Below, one piece after another: positions 17,373-26,766 of a stretch of DNA of 46,981 nucleotides; the stretch's first letter is position 1, and each line of letters begins with the position of its first letter. The notes under the pieces were generated by a model. It was given only the letters and a program-made list of their open reading frames with translations. It did not search any database and was not told where the DNA came from. Source of the DNA: an uncultured Coriobacteriaceae bacterium (lineage in GTDB: Bacteria; Actinomycetota; Coriobacteriia; Coriobacteriales; QAMH01); NCBI GenBank assembly GCA_964435565.1, contig CAYSZR010000007.1:1-46981 (forward strand), read 5' to 3'. The position numbers and the translations under genes were made by a program.

Positions 17373-18446
17373 GTGGAGTCAAAAACGAAACATACGTCTG
17401 TCTTCGGGCTTGGATTCGGTCTGCGCATTGTCCAGGCAGCGTTCCTTTTCCAAGTACTCGCCATCTATGGGCAAGCGGCATTGACAGCACCTGCGTACTT
17501 CACTTATGACTTCTCTCTCTTCCGGGCCTTGTTCGAAACAGTTTTTTCCGTTATCAGCATATGGCTTATCGCGCGCAGGGCACACATAGCGCGCACCTTC
17601 ATACTTGCGGGTATCCCCACTGCAGGCTTATTCATGCTTCTTGACATATGCCTGTTTGGAGCTGGCCCCCAGATCGTCTCCGTGCTTGGAGCCACTGGCA
17701 CAAAAGCACTCATAGGTTTCCAAATCGTCTTATGGATATCCATCTGGCTGTTTGTCGCGTTTTCAAAACGTGCACGCAAGAAATTGAACGTGAGCATACG
17801 CAACATCACAGCGGCGGAAAAGTACCTACTTGCTCAAGAACCTATGAAGAAACGTATGCGAACCTGGCCATTCTGGCGGGACATGATCATGTACTTCATC
17901 ATGTTCTCGTTCTTGGGGCACTGGGCAGAAATGCTGTTTTGTCTGCTGATTGAAGCCGGCGTGTTCATGGGCGACTTTGACCTGGGCAACACCATGCTCT
18001 GGGATCAATGGCTCTATCCGTTTTCCGCCGAAGGCATCGCACTGATTCTGATTGTGCTCATACTCTATCCTTTCAAGGAATGGCTGCTCAAAAGAACGGG
18101 CGGGCGCATTGCAATCGCACTGCCCGTGAGTTTTGCAATTAATGCAATCGTATGCACATCAATAGACTTCACGACCGGCATCACTGCGAACGCAGACTAT
18201 TCCCTTTGGGACTATCGGGCACTCCCCTTCAATTTCATGGGTCAGATAGTTTTACAGAATTCGCTTGTCTACTCTATCGCGGCAACGCTTGTCGTATGGG
18301 TCATCTATCCTCTTATGGACCGCATCATGGCGCATCTGCCCCGATGGTTTGCAGACGCGCTGTTCTGGACCCTCGCCTCGGCTTACGTTTTTCTGGCACT
18401 ACTTCACTTCATGTATCTGGGGCCACAGGGGTTTGTTTTTGGCTAG
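17373..18446 (+). CDS. Paralogous polytopic membrane protein with PF06541-like C-terminal domain
   Basis: GTG start. MIMYFIMFSFLGHWAEM and YSLWDYRALPFNFMGQIVLQNSLVYS align with the upstream gene, as does the preceding IWLIARRAHIARTFIL segment (upstream gene: LWFIMRRFRVTRPFVI). Confidence 0.6.
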   Translation: MESKTKHTSVFGLGFGLRIVQAAFLFQVLAIYGQAALTAPAYFTYDFSLFRALFETVFSVISIWLIARRAHIARTFILAGIPTAGLFMLLDICLFGAGPQIVSVLGATGTKALIGFQIVLWISIWLFVAFSKRARKKLNVSIRNITAAEKYLLAQEPMKKRMRTWPFWRDMIMYFIMFSFLGHWAEMLFCLLIEAGVFMGDFDLGNTMLWDQWLYPFSAEGIALILIVLILYPFKEWLLKRTGGRIAIALPVSFAINAIVCTSIDFTTGITANADYSLWDYRALPFNFMGQIVLQNSLVYSIAATLVVWVIYPLMDRIMAHLPRWFADALFWTLASAYVFLALLHFMYLGPQGFVFG

Positions 18447-18471
18447 ACACACCAACCGAAAGACCCCCCGG

Positions 18472-21231
18472 CTATTCGACGATTCTCGAGAGAATCTTGC
18501 TGATCTCGTCGGCATTGAGCGGTTTGGTGATGAAGTCGGACATATCCGCTTCTCTCGCCTTTTCCATAGCATCCAAGAACGCATCTGCCGTCATTGCAAT
18601 TATGGGGATGCCCATCGCATCTGGACGATCAAGCGCACGGATTTGGCGCGTCGCATCATAACCATCCATCACCGGCATCTGTATGTCCGTGAAAATAGCA
18701 AGATACTCGCCCGGGTCGCTCTTCTCGAATAATTCGAGCTCTTGACGTCCGTCTTCAGCCAAGTCGATCTCGATACCAAGCTCGCCGAAAATACGCTTCG
18801 CGATGCTTGCGTTGATGGCATTGTCTTCGGCAAGCAGTACCTTGCCAGAAAGCTTGCGTGAAATTTTCGGCTTGGTCTCACCGTCTTTTTCGGTAATAGA
18901 GGCATCAGCATCGACGATGCGGACGGGAATCTTGATCGTGATACGCGTTCCCTTCCCCACCTTGCTTTCAACATCGATGCTTCCATTCATCAGATCAATC
19001 AGTCGTTTGACGATCGAGAGGCCTAGACCCGTGCCAGCGGCGTCCCTAACACGCTGGGGATTATCTTCTTCCTGGGAAAACTCGTTAAACATTACCTGTT
19101 GAAATTGATCGCTCATACCGATGCCGGTATCAGATATCTCGATATTGACCTCAGCTTCGTCATCAAGTCGCCTGCTCGCAGCAGAAAAATGGACAAACCC
19201 CCCGCTTGGAGTATATTTCACTGCATTGGAGAGCAGATTGAGCATAATCTGATTGAAGCGCACCCTGTCAATCAGGATAACGGGCACTTCAATCATGCCA
19301 GTGACAACCGTATAGCCCAAATCCTTTTCTTCGCACATGGGCCCGATGATGTTATGAATCTCTGAAATAAATTCATCGATTGCATAGGGACTGGGATTAA
19401 GCTCGATTTTCTCGCTATCTATCTTGGAAATATCGAGTACATCATTGATAAGCGAAAGCAGAAAACGTCCTGATGTCGCAATACTATCAAGATCGTGTGC
19501 GAGCTGCTGGGGATCGTGCATATCGGCGCGGGCAAAATCCGTCAGATTAAGGATCGCCCCGATAGGAGTGCGAATATCATGGCTAATGCGCGAAACGAAC
19601 TGCGATTTAGCATCGTTGGCACGCTCGGCTGCATCCACCGCAGTCTGCAGTTCCATGTTTCTTCGCTGCTCCTCTTCAAGGCTTTTCGTAATATCGGTCC
19701 TCGACATCAAGATGATGCCAGAAGCCTTGTTTATCCAGGAGAAGTTGAACTGTTTGCGTTTTTGCGTACCATCTTCGTCGGCAAAATCAAAGCTCATCTG
19801 CACTTCGGAGTTTCTTTCAAGCATGTGTCTGATGTTGTCGATATCAAGATCTTTAAGGAAGCTCTCGCCAGTTGCCGCATCAAGGCACTGATTGGCAAAT
19901 CTCTTGATGCTAGATTCATAGGGCGTGTGTTTACTCTCTTCGGGTACCTCGTGCCCATTTTCAAAAAATGTCCCGCTTCGTAGCACAAACATCTTGTCAG
20001 GAAGCGTGACAAGCGCAATGAAGTCATTCCCCTCAAGCGCCGTCTGCCTGAACAGCTCGTCATCGGTCATGATGAGCTGGCGCTGTTCGCGCGTGCGTCG
20101 AGCAAGCACTATAACGATGAGCAGAAGCGTCAGAATAACAGCTATGGCAATAAGCAACTGCTGCCAGTTCGACTCAAGCGTGGTGGGTTCGGAATTAAGC
20201 ACGGTAGCGCCAGACGGAAGCGCTTTCACATCAAGTCCGAAACGGTCGAGCACGTGCTTATCAAAAACCGAAACGGTTGCGCTCGTGGTCGTAGTCGCGA
20301 GCGAATCGACGCTCGCTCCCCGCATTATCTGCATGGCCATCTTGCCAGCAGTTCTCGCGCCATAGACATTATCATAGACGACTCCGCCCATAACGCCATT
20401 CCCCGCAACGTTAAGCGCGATATTGAACGTGGGGACCTTGGCAAGAGCAGCTATTTCATTGGCCTTATACGAATAAGTGTTAACCGTGCCGTCCTGCTCA
20501 AAATACAGGTCACCTAAAAAAATAACCGAACCGGTGTCAGCCTGAGCTATCGCCGCGTCTAACTGGGCATCGGACAGTTCGCTTATGTTGAGTATCTTGA
20601 AAGCGTAGTGTGGGTTTTTCGCAACGACACTCTTGAGGTTGGAGGCATCGCATCTTCCAACACGTGAATTATCTAAAATATAATAAATCGTCGTGACATC
20701 GGGCATAAGGCTCTTAAGCGCATCTATATTTGCCTCGTATTCAAAGCGCTCCATGACGCCGGTCATATAGCCTGTCTGATTTGCGCGTTCAACGAGCTGC
20801 GCGTCTTGAACGCTCAGATACACCACGGGTGTATTGGGGATCAGGTCCGTACGGTCGAGCAGAAAACTTAGCGCCTCGTCATCGCCAGCGATGCAACAAT
20901 CATACTTTTCGTTGCGATAGAGCTTGTTCTTCAGATAACGATATAGAATCGAGAGATCGTAATCGCTGTTGGAATGTCGTGCGTCCATAAACTCATAACT
21001 GATATCGACCTGCCCTGACGGAAGCGCCGCCTGCAGGCCCTGTATCTGCTGTTGCACGACTTCGTCACTCATGCCATACGAACTTAAGAACAGCACGCGG
21101 TATTTATCTGTCTGGTTTACCGAAGACTGCTGATCTGCCGACGCAGCGATCGAGGTGACGTGAAAAAAAGATAGGCAAAGCAGCACTGCGACGACCAGTG
21201 CCACGCTTCGATACTGTCGCATCACGTCCAT
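18472..21231 (-). CDS. Hybrid sensor histidine kinase (large extracytoplasmic domain, TM, PAS-like, HisKA, HATPase, REC)
   Basis: Signal-anchor VALVVAVLLCLSFFHV, an external domain of about 330 aa, and a TM helix LLIAIAVILTLLLIVIVLA. H-box FVSRISHDIRTPIGAI, G-boxes DTGIGM / GTGLGLSIV. C-terminal receiver VLLAEDN ... FTDIQMPVMDG. Confidence 0.9.
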   Translation of the reverse strand: MDVMRQYRSVALVVAVLLCLSFFHVTSIAASADQQSSVNQTDKYRVLFLSSYGMSDEVVQQQIQGLQAALPSGQVDISYEFMDARHSNSDYDLSILYRYLKNKLYRNEKYDCCIAGDDEALSFLLDRTDLIPNTPVVYLSVQDAQLVERANQTGYMTGVMERFEYEANIDALKSLMPDVTTIYYILDNSRVGRCDASNLKSVVAKNPHYAFKILNISELSDAQLDAAIAQADTGSVIFLGDLYFEQDGTVNTYSYKANEIAALAKVPTFNIALNVAGNGVMGGVVYDNVYGARTAGKMAMQIMRGASVDSLATTTTSATVSVFDKHVLDRFGLDVKALPSGATVLNSEPTTLESNWQQLLIAIAVILTLLLIVIVLARRTREQRQLIMTDDELFRQTALEGNDFIALVTLPDKMFVLRSGTFFENGHEVPEESKHTPYESSIKRFANQCLDAATGESFLKDLDIDNIRHMLERNSEVQMSFDFADEDGTQKRKQFNFSWINKASGIILMSRTDITKSLEEEQRRNMELQTAVDAAERANDAKSQFVSRISHDIRTPIGAILNLTDFARADMHDPQQLAHDLDSIATSGRFLLSLINDVLDISKIDSEKIELNPSPYAIDEFISEIHNIIGPMCEEKDLGYTVVTGMIEVPVILIDRVRFNQIMLNLLSNAVKYTPSGGFVHFSAASRRLDDEAEVNIEISDTGIGMSDQFQQVMFNEFSQEEDNPQRVRDAAGTGLGLSIVKRLIDLMNGSIDVESKVGKGTRITIKIPVRIVDADASITEKDGETKPKISRKLSGKVLLAEDNAINASIAKRIFGELGIEIDLAEDGRQELELFEKSDPGEYLAIFTDIQMPVMDGYDATRQIRALDRPDAMGIPIIAMTADAFLDAMEKAREADMSDFITKPLNADEISKILSRIVE

Positions 21232-21263
21232 TGTCTACGTCATCCCATCATTTAGCATGCAAC

Positions 21264-22613
21264 CTAATGCATCTTATGGTATATCTCAAGCCCCTCGGCC
21301 ACGGCAGACGAGATGTCGCGAGCCCCGGTTACCAATTCGGGCATCCCCTCAAAGGTCGATTGTCGACATTCGCCTTGATACAGATCCTGCAAAGCCGGCG
21401 TGATGGAGGTTGCCGCCTGCGCCATGGCAAGTCCGTCTTTTTGCAAAAGGTTCAGATCATCGACGTTATCCCGTGTTTGGTCTTTAAGCGCCGTGGTCGT
21501 ATGCGTAGCAAATTTCTTCACCACGCTATCCTGCGTCATATACTTCACAAAATTGACGGCCATCTCGCGTTTTGCGGGGTCGTTATATGCTTTCGCAGAA
21601 ATGTAATACCCCTGCGACATCCCGCCGACGATATCAGTCGCCAAGCGTTTGCCATTGCCGGGAACATAGGAGACGCTGAAGCGAGCAAGCTTTTTTTGAT
21701 CAAGCGTTGTCGGATCGTTTTTGTCGCTTTGGCAGCTCGTCACGATAGAACCGACTCTCCATGATCCATCGATCATAAAAGCCGTTTTCCCACTCGTGAA
21801 CAATTCGACCGAAGTCGTGTTGTTGTCAATGGAAAGCGTTTCATTGGGAAAATACCCGGCTTCATAGATCTGCTTTATGGTCTGAATGCCGGCTATCCAT
21901 TCACGAGCACGTTCATCAGTTACCGAAGCCGGAATCTGATCGTGCGTAGCAGAGCTTTGCTGGTTGAAGATCATATACTCCCACCAATAATGGGGCGTCG
22001 ATCCCAATGCAGCAGAGATAGGCGTATAACCAGCCGCCTTGACCTTCGCACAATCCACCATAAATTGATCCATCGTGTAATCCTCGCCAGGGGCTTCGAC
22101 TCCCGCTGCATCGAGGATATCCTTGTTGTAATACAGAGCCTCCCAATAGCCATTTACAGGAACGGCATATCTCTTGCCGTCGGAAAGATGAGCGGGGATA
22201 AGTGAATCATCCATGTTAGAAGCAAAATCCGGATAATCGGCGCGAATGGCATCAATGGACATGACTTTGCCGTCGTCAATGAATGAATCAGCATCTGCCC
22301 CCGTGAAGAAGAAGACGACGTCAGGTTCTTCTCCATTGGCAAACTCGTCTTTTATCAACGACTTGAATGACTCTGAAGAATTAGTCGATTGGTCATCGAG
22401 CTTATAGCCCGTCTCTTTTTGCCAATCAGCCGTGGCCTGCTGATAGTTTCCTGCATTTACATCGGCGCCGGCATAGGTTGTGACAACTGTCAAAGCATCA
22501 GATTTTGATGACTGGGAACTGCTCGCAGACGTTGTCTGGTGTGCCGTACCGCAAGCGCTGAGAGCGAATACGAAGCAAAGCAACCCGATGACGACCGCAA
22601 GCTGTCTTCTCAT
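21264..22613 (-). CDS. Extracellular solute-binding lipoprotein (ABC-type SBP, family 1-like), no cognate permease or ATPase nearby
   Basis: Lipobox LSACG after a hydrophobic signal, followed by a Ser-rich linker. Overall SBP-like composition and length (449 aa). GGGAGG SD. It lies directly upstream of the kinase (32-nt gap). Confidence 0.75.
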   Translation of the reverse strand: MRRQLAVVIGLLCFVFALSACGTAHQTTSASSSQSSKSDALTVVTTYAGADVNAGNYQQATADWQKETGYKLDDQSTNSSESFKSLIKDEFANGEEPDVVFFFTGADADSFIDDGKVMSIDAIRADYPDFASNMDDSLIPAHLSDGKRYAVPVNGYWEALYYNKDILDAAGVEAPGEDYTMDQFMVDCAKVKAAGYTPISAALGSTPHYWWEYMIFNQQSSATHDQIPASVTDERAREWIAGIQTIKQIYEAGYFPNETLSIDNNTTSVELFTSGKTAFMIDGSWRVGSIVTSCQSDKNDPTTLDQKKLARFSVSYVPGNGKRLATDIVGGMSQGYYISAKAYNDPAKREMAVNFVKYMTQDSVVKKFATHTTTALKDQTRDNVDDLNLLQKDGLAMAQAATSITPALQDLYQGECRQSTFEGMPELVTGARDISSAVAEGLEIYHKMH

Positions 22614-22775
22614 GGGACAACCTCCCTGTGATGGGTCCTCGAATCGATGTATTCCACCACTGCAGATTTTACCAAAAAAGCGAAGGTGAGCGAATACGTT
22701 TGAACGAAACAGGTGCTAGAGCCCGATGCGTGAACATACAAGCAACCGAAACCGGCTTATATGCTCAGCAGGCTC

Positions 22776-23582
22776 CTATGACAAGATGATGGGCCGATTC
22801 TGATATGCAACCCGAACACGGGCAGAATGTCCGGCGCGAGCAAGCACGTCTCCCAAGGCCTTACCAGGAAGCTCATACGTATTGCTGTTTTGCGATACAT
22901 GCATGCAGGCAACCTGCTCGAGCGTATCGGAAAGCAACAGTTCGAGTTCAGCTGCAGACTGGGTATTACTCAAATGACCGCGTTCGCCTGCAATACGATT
23001 TTGCACATAGGCTGGATAGGGGCTGTTTCGCAGAAGGTCGAGATCGTGATTTGCCTCAATGGCGAGCAGGCGCACGCCGGCAAGAGCTTCATGCGCCTCG
23101 TCTTCGACCACACCCGTATCCGTCATAAAACCGAGTGCGTCATCTTCAGAATAGAAGCGAAAACCACAGGGGCTCGCCGCATCGTGCGAAGTCGCAAAGG
23201 GATGTATACGTATATCAGCGAATGTCAGGTCTTCGCCCATACCAAACATACGTAAGTCATGCTTTGCGCAAGCATCGATTTCCTGCAAATCAGGAGAGGC
23301 GGCGAAAGTCGGCTCATTGCAATACACTGCAGGCATTACGCCTTGTTTGGCCAAAGCGCGTAACAGCACGCCGACGCCTCGCGTGTGATCAGTGTGTTCA
23401 TGAGTGATGAGTACAGACTTGACTCGTTTCAGGTCGAATCCAAGTTCTGCGCTTCTTGAGTTCAAAGCCTTGAAACTTATGCCGCAGTCGACAAGCGTTG
23501 CATCACCGCTTCGCATGTCTACCACTGCAGCGCAGTTTCCTTTGCTCCCACTCGCAAAGATATAAAGGGCAAGATTCGGCAT
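22776..23582 (-). CDS. MBL-fold metallo-hydrolase (YycJ/WalJ-like)
   Basis: 268 aa with SGSKGNC near the N-terminus and the HEHTDH zinc motif. Confidence 0.8.
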   Translation of the reverse strand: MPNLALYIFASGSKGNCAAVVDMRSGDATLVDCGISFKALNSRSAELGFDLKRVKSVLITHEHTDHTRGVGVLLRALAKQGVMPAVYCNEPTFAASPDLQEIDACAKHDLRMFGMGEDLTFADIRIHPFATSHDAASPCGFRFYSEDDALGFMTDTGVVEDEAHEALAGVRLLAIEANHDLDLLRNSPYPAYVQNRIAGERGHLSNTQSAAELELLLSDTLEQVACMHVSQNSNTYELPGKALGDVLARAGHSARVRVAYQNRPIILS

Positions 23583-23689
23583 ATGATTGATTGTGACTCA
23601 GCGAGCCATATTTGCCAACAGCAAATGACCCACTTCTCCAATACAAACCATACGGAGTGGCGGGAAAAACAACGTCGGGAAAGTTGGAA

Positions 23690-24043
23690 GCGATAAGCGG
23701 GCCTGTAAGCCGGGTTCTGTCATTTAAGACGACCATTTATCTAGAAGCGCCGTTGCCGGTGCCTTCGAGCGAGCAACCCGGGTGCGAGCCGGGCCAGCCC
23801 ATAGCACCCCTATTTGCCCTTGCTTCGGATGGGGTTTATCAAGCCGTCGCGTTACCGCGACGCTGGTGCGCTCTTACCACACCGTTTCAGCTTTTCTCCG
23901 CTTGCGCGGAGAGTCTTCTTTTCTGTGACACTGTCCGTCGGGTCACCCCGCCCGGCCGTTAGCCGGCATCCTGCCCTGCGAAGCCCGGACTTTCCTCACC
24001 GCTCACATCATGAGCGCCGCAAGCCGTCCAGCCCGCTTATCGC
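23690..24043 (-). ncRNA. rnpB: RNase P RNA, bacterial type A
   Basis: The minus strand carries the universal P4 strands GAGGAAAGUCCGGGCU (23982-23997) and ACAGAACCCGGCUUA (23706-23720). A 13-bp P1 helix GCGAUAAGCGGGC / GCCCGCUUAUCGC defines the ends. GGUAAGAGCGCACCAG and GCAAGGGCAAAUAGGGG are typical of type A. Ends are approximate. Confidence 0.93.
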
Positions 24044-24351
24044 GATAGCGATTATAGCAGCCTCTGCGATGAATCCATTGAGGTTTTGCTTATCGATCGT
24101 CCACTCAATGAAGAATGGCCCCCTGCTATTTGTTCCCAAGCGATCAGTTTGCACAACCGCTTTATTGTCTCGCGTGAATACATGCCCTATGAAATTATTA
24201 ACTATAATCTGTATGCTTTATCTTATAATCATCGGCTTAACCAAACATCACAGACGCTATAGAAAGCACGTTTATTATCTATTCATCAAAGAATACGCCT
24301 CGAGTAACGATGCGCTTTGATAACGAATTTAATGGAGAAGGCAACAGGCTC

Positions 24352-25287
24352 ATGCATTCGAAACGTCCCAGAATCATTCTTATAGCAACTCTCTTGTGCG
24401 CCGTTGCGCTGTTAACAATCGGCTGCGCGCGCCAAACAGGAGAAAGCAATGCTGCACAGCCTTCGACGGAAAGTGTCACGGCAGAACAGTCGAATTCGAA
24501 ATCAACTTCAAAAAACACCTCTCAGACAAAGCCCGTCCAGACAGAGGTTGAAAACCTCATTGCAGAATATGGCGATCACGTTGGCATAGGGGTTTCCTAT
24601 CTTGATGGAAGCGGCGGCTTCGAGATCAATGGGAACAGGCAGTTTGTCAGTGCATCCATGATCAAGCTCCTCATCCTTGCAGAGTTTATAAAGCAGCTCG
24701 ACGCCAACACGGTTTCCCTCACGAACACCTACACCCTAAAAGCGAGCGATATCGTTGGAGGAGCTGGAATTATCGGTAGCAATGGAGAAGGCTCCTCATA
24801 CACTCTCGACGAACTTGCGTATTACATGATCGCCGAAAGCGATAACACAGCCACAAACGTTCTCATTGATATCCTTGGCTTAGATACTATTAATACACGA
24901 GCTAGCGAGCTGGGCCTTCTGAAAACGGACCTTGAACGCAAGATGATGGATGAGAGCGGTACTGGGCAAAACCATATGAGCGTAACCGATGCCGAGACAA
25001 TCCTTGCCGGGATTGCCAACCATACTATTGCCAGCGAATCTGCGTGTAACAAAGCGCTCGACTACCTATATGCGCAAACCGATGACGAGGCGCTTGCACA
25101 AGGCATTCCGAACGGTGTGGCTTTTGCGCATAAAACCGGTGCTCTTGACACGTGCCGACATGATGCGGGAATTGTCTATTGTAAAAAACCATACATAATC
25201 GCAGTTTTCACAGAAGAAGTTCCCTCGCCCGAATCACTTATGGAAACCATTTCAAAGACTGTCTACGAAGCAGCTTTGGCTCAATAA
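24352..25287 (+). CDS. Class A beta-lactamase-family serine hydrolase lipoprotein
   Basis: Lipobox LLTIGC. SxxK = SASMIKL, SDN = ESDN, KTG = HKTG. The start is taken at MHSKRPR (24352); the longest ORF begins at 24310. Confidence 0.75.
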   Translation: MHSKRPRIILIATLLCAVALLTIGCARQTGESNAAQPSTESVTAEQSNSKSTSKNTSQTKPVQTEVENLIAEYGDHVGIGVSYLDGSGGFEINGNRQFVSASMIKLLILAEFIKQLDANTVSLTNTYTLKASDIVGGAGIIGSNGEGSSYTLDELAYYMIAESDNTATNVLIDILGLDTINTRASELGLLKTDLERKMMDESGTGQNHMSVTDAETILAGIANHTIASESACNKALDYLYAQTDDEALAQGIPNGVAFAHKTGALDTCRHDAGIVYCKKPYIIAVFTEEVPSPESLMETISKTVYEAALAQ

Positions 25288-25380
25288 GGCGCCTGAAAGT
25301 TATCTTCTCATGCGCAGTTTGGGATGCCGCAAGGATCAGCTGCGCGCAAAAAATGCAAGGAAAAGTAAGGCGACCCTGCT

Positions 25381-25641
25381 CTATATGATGGACAGGTCGA
25401 CTGAATCAGGCAGCTCGAACATCTTATGGCGGCTCGTTTCACCGCGGACACATTTAACGGAGCTCTTGGGAATATCGAAGAAGGCGGCTAGCACGCCTGC
25501 CGCCGCCTTCGTCGCTTTTCCCTTTTCCGGTGCAGAGGCGACCCTTAGGGCCAGCTCACGTTCACCGCTTGTTCCCTCGCGCCAGCCCAGTACCTCGTCG
25601 CGTCCCGCCTTGGGGGTGACGTGTACGGCCAGCTGCATCAA
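25381..25641 (-). CDS. DUF167 (YggU) family protein
   Basis: 86 aa with VTPKAGRDEV ... APEKGKATKA, typical of YggU. It is the last gene of the division cluster. Confidence 0.75.
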   Translation of the reverse strand: MMQLAVHVTPKAGRDEVLGWREGTSGERELALRVASAPEKGKATKAAAGVLAAFFDIPKSSVKCVRGETSRHKMFELPDSVDLSII

Positions 25642-25648
25642 AGCGTCC

Positions 25649-26470
25649 TTACTCGTCTTCTGGAAAGATGGACGGGATATTGATCTGCGGAATCTGCGCT
25701 GTGGTCAGGTGCGGCAAATCGTCATCCTCAAGCTTCTTCTCAGCAGGAGCACCATATACTTCTGGTACTGAAATCAAATTAATATCAGGAAGCTTGGCGG
25801 CAATCTGGTCGTCGGTGATATTGAGCGCCGGTAGATTCTGAAACTCTGCCTTAGCGAGATTCATGAAGCGATCGATCATATCCAGGTACTCGGTGCGGAA
25901 TTTTTGAGCGGAAGCCTGCAAGGTTTCGATCTCACTATCAACCGTCGCCTTGTTTGCAAGAGATTCGCGAATAAACTCACGCGCCTTCTCTTCGGATTCC
26001 CGATAAATGCGTTCGCCTTCCGTACGCGCATCTTCTTTGATCTGCTCAGCACTTCGCTGGGCAGAGATGAACGCTTCTGCAATCGCGCTATCAAGCTTGC
26101 TCTTTTCAGCAAGCTGTTCTTGAAGCGGGGCAAGCTGCTCTTCGGCTGCTTGCGCTCGAGCAGTCGCGGCTTCCGCTCGTTCATTTGCAACATCGAGCTC
26201 AGCACGGATCTCTTTTTCGCGCAGGCTGGCCTGTTCGATTTCTTCAGGAGACGTTACAGACGCACTGCTTGCCTGCGCAAGTTCTTCACGCGCAGCGCTC
26301 AAATCGTCTTGCGCGGTTTTAAGTTCGATTTCCAGTTCGCCCAAGCGCTTGTTCAGCGCATCGACTTCTTTTCCAACACGTTCGAGAAAGACGTCGACTT
26401 GCTCAACGTCGTATCCGCGCAAAGAGTGCTCAAATCCCTCGTTCTGGATATCCTGCATTGTAATGGCCAT
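25649..26470 (-). CDS. divIVA: DivIVA-domain cell division/polarity protein
   Basis: MAITMQDIQNEGFEHSLRGYDVEQVDVFLERV followed by a long coiled coil. The ATG at 26470 is 7 nt from GGAAG; the ATG at 26476 is too close to it. Confidence 0.9.
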   Translation of the reverse strand: MAITMQDIQNEGFEHSLRGYDVEQVDVFLERVGKEVDALNKRLGELEIELKTAQDDLSAAREELAQASSASVTSPEEIEQASLREKEIRAELDVANERAEAATARAQAAEEQLAPLQEQLAEKSKLDSAIAEAFISAQRSAEQIKEDARTEGERIYRESEEKAREFIRESLANKATVDSEIETLQASAQKFRTEYLDMIDRFMNLAKAEFQNLPALNITDDQIAAKLPDINLISVPEVYGAPAEKKLEDDDLPHLTTAQIPQINIPSIFPEDE

Positions 26471-26490
26471 GTTCATACTTCCTTTCTTAC

Positions 26491-26766
26491 TTACAGGAGC
26501 CAGGCGACAAGCCTGCCCACAAGCTGCACGACGATTATCGCAAAGATGGGGCTGATATCTATCATTCCGCCAATAGGTGGAATTATACGCTTGAACAGGT
26601 TGAGAAATGGATCGCAGATGCGTCCGAGAAAGCGATAAATATCACCAACCCAACCATAGTCCTTATTGGGAAGCCAGCTCATAAGAACATAGATAAGAAT
26701 AGCAGCGACATAGGCATCGCATACCGTAAGCAATATGGTCCGCACTAAGACAAGAACAGAAATCAT
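26491..26766 (-). CDS. yggT: YggT-family membrane protein
   Basis: 91 aa with two TM helices and a typical LMSWLP ... FL..I.DP.L..FRRIIPPIGG.DISP pattern. ATGA overlap with the proC stop. Confidence 0.85.
   Translation of the reverse strand: MISVLVLVRTILLTVCDAYVAAILIYVLMSWLPNKDYGWVGDIYRFLGRICDPFLNLFKRIIPPIGGMIDISPIFAIIVVQLVGRLVAWLL

Noticed and set aside
20516-20522. A7/T7 homopolymer tracts inside the hybrid kinase gene (also at 21163-21169) as possible phase-variation switches.
   Set aside because: Seven-nucleotide tracts are short for slipped-strand switching and encode ordinary Phe/Leu-rich segments. Nothing else suggests contingency behaviour.
23503-24320. ORFs of 77, 116 and 168 aa around 23.5-24.3 kb.
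   Set aside because: They overlie RNase P RNA (universal P4 sequences and a P1 helix are present) and its flanks, so they are not coding.
25310-25352. Hairpin gcgcagtt...agctgcgc between the beta-lactamase-like gene and the DUF167 gene, as a possible terminator.
   Set aside because: The stem is imperfect and it is followed by an A-run on the plus strand, with no U-tract on either transcript, so I did not call it.
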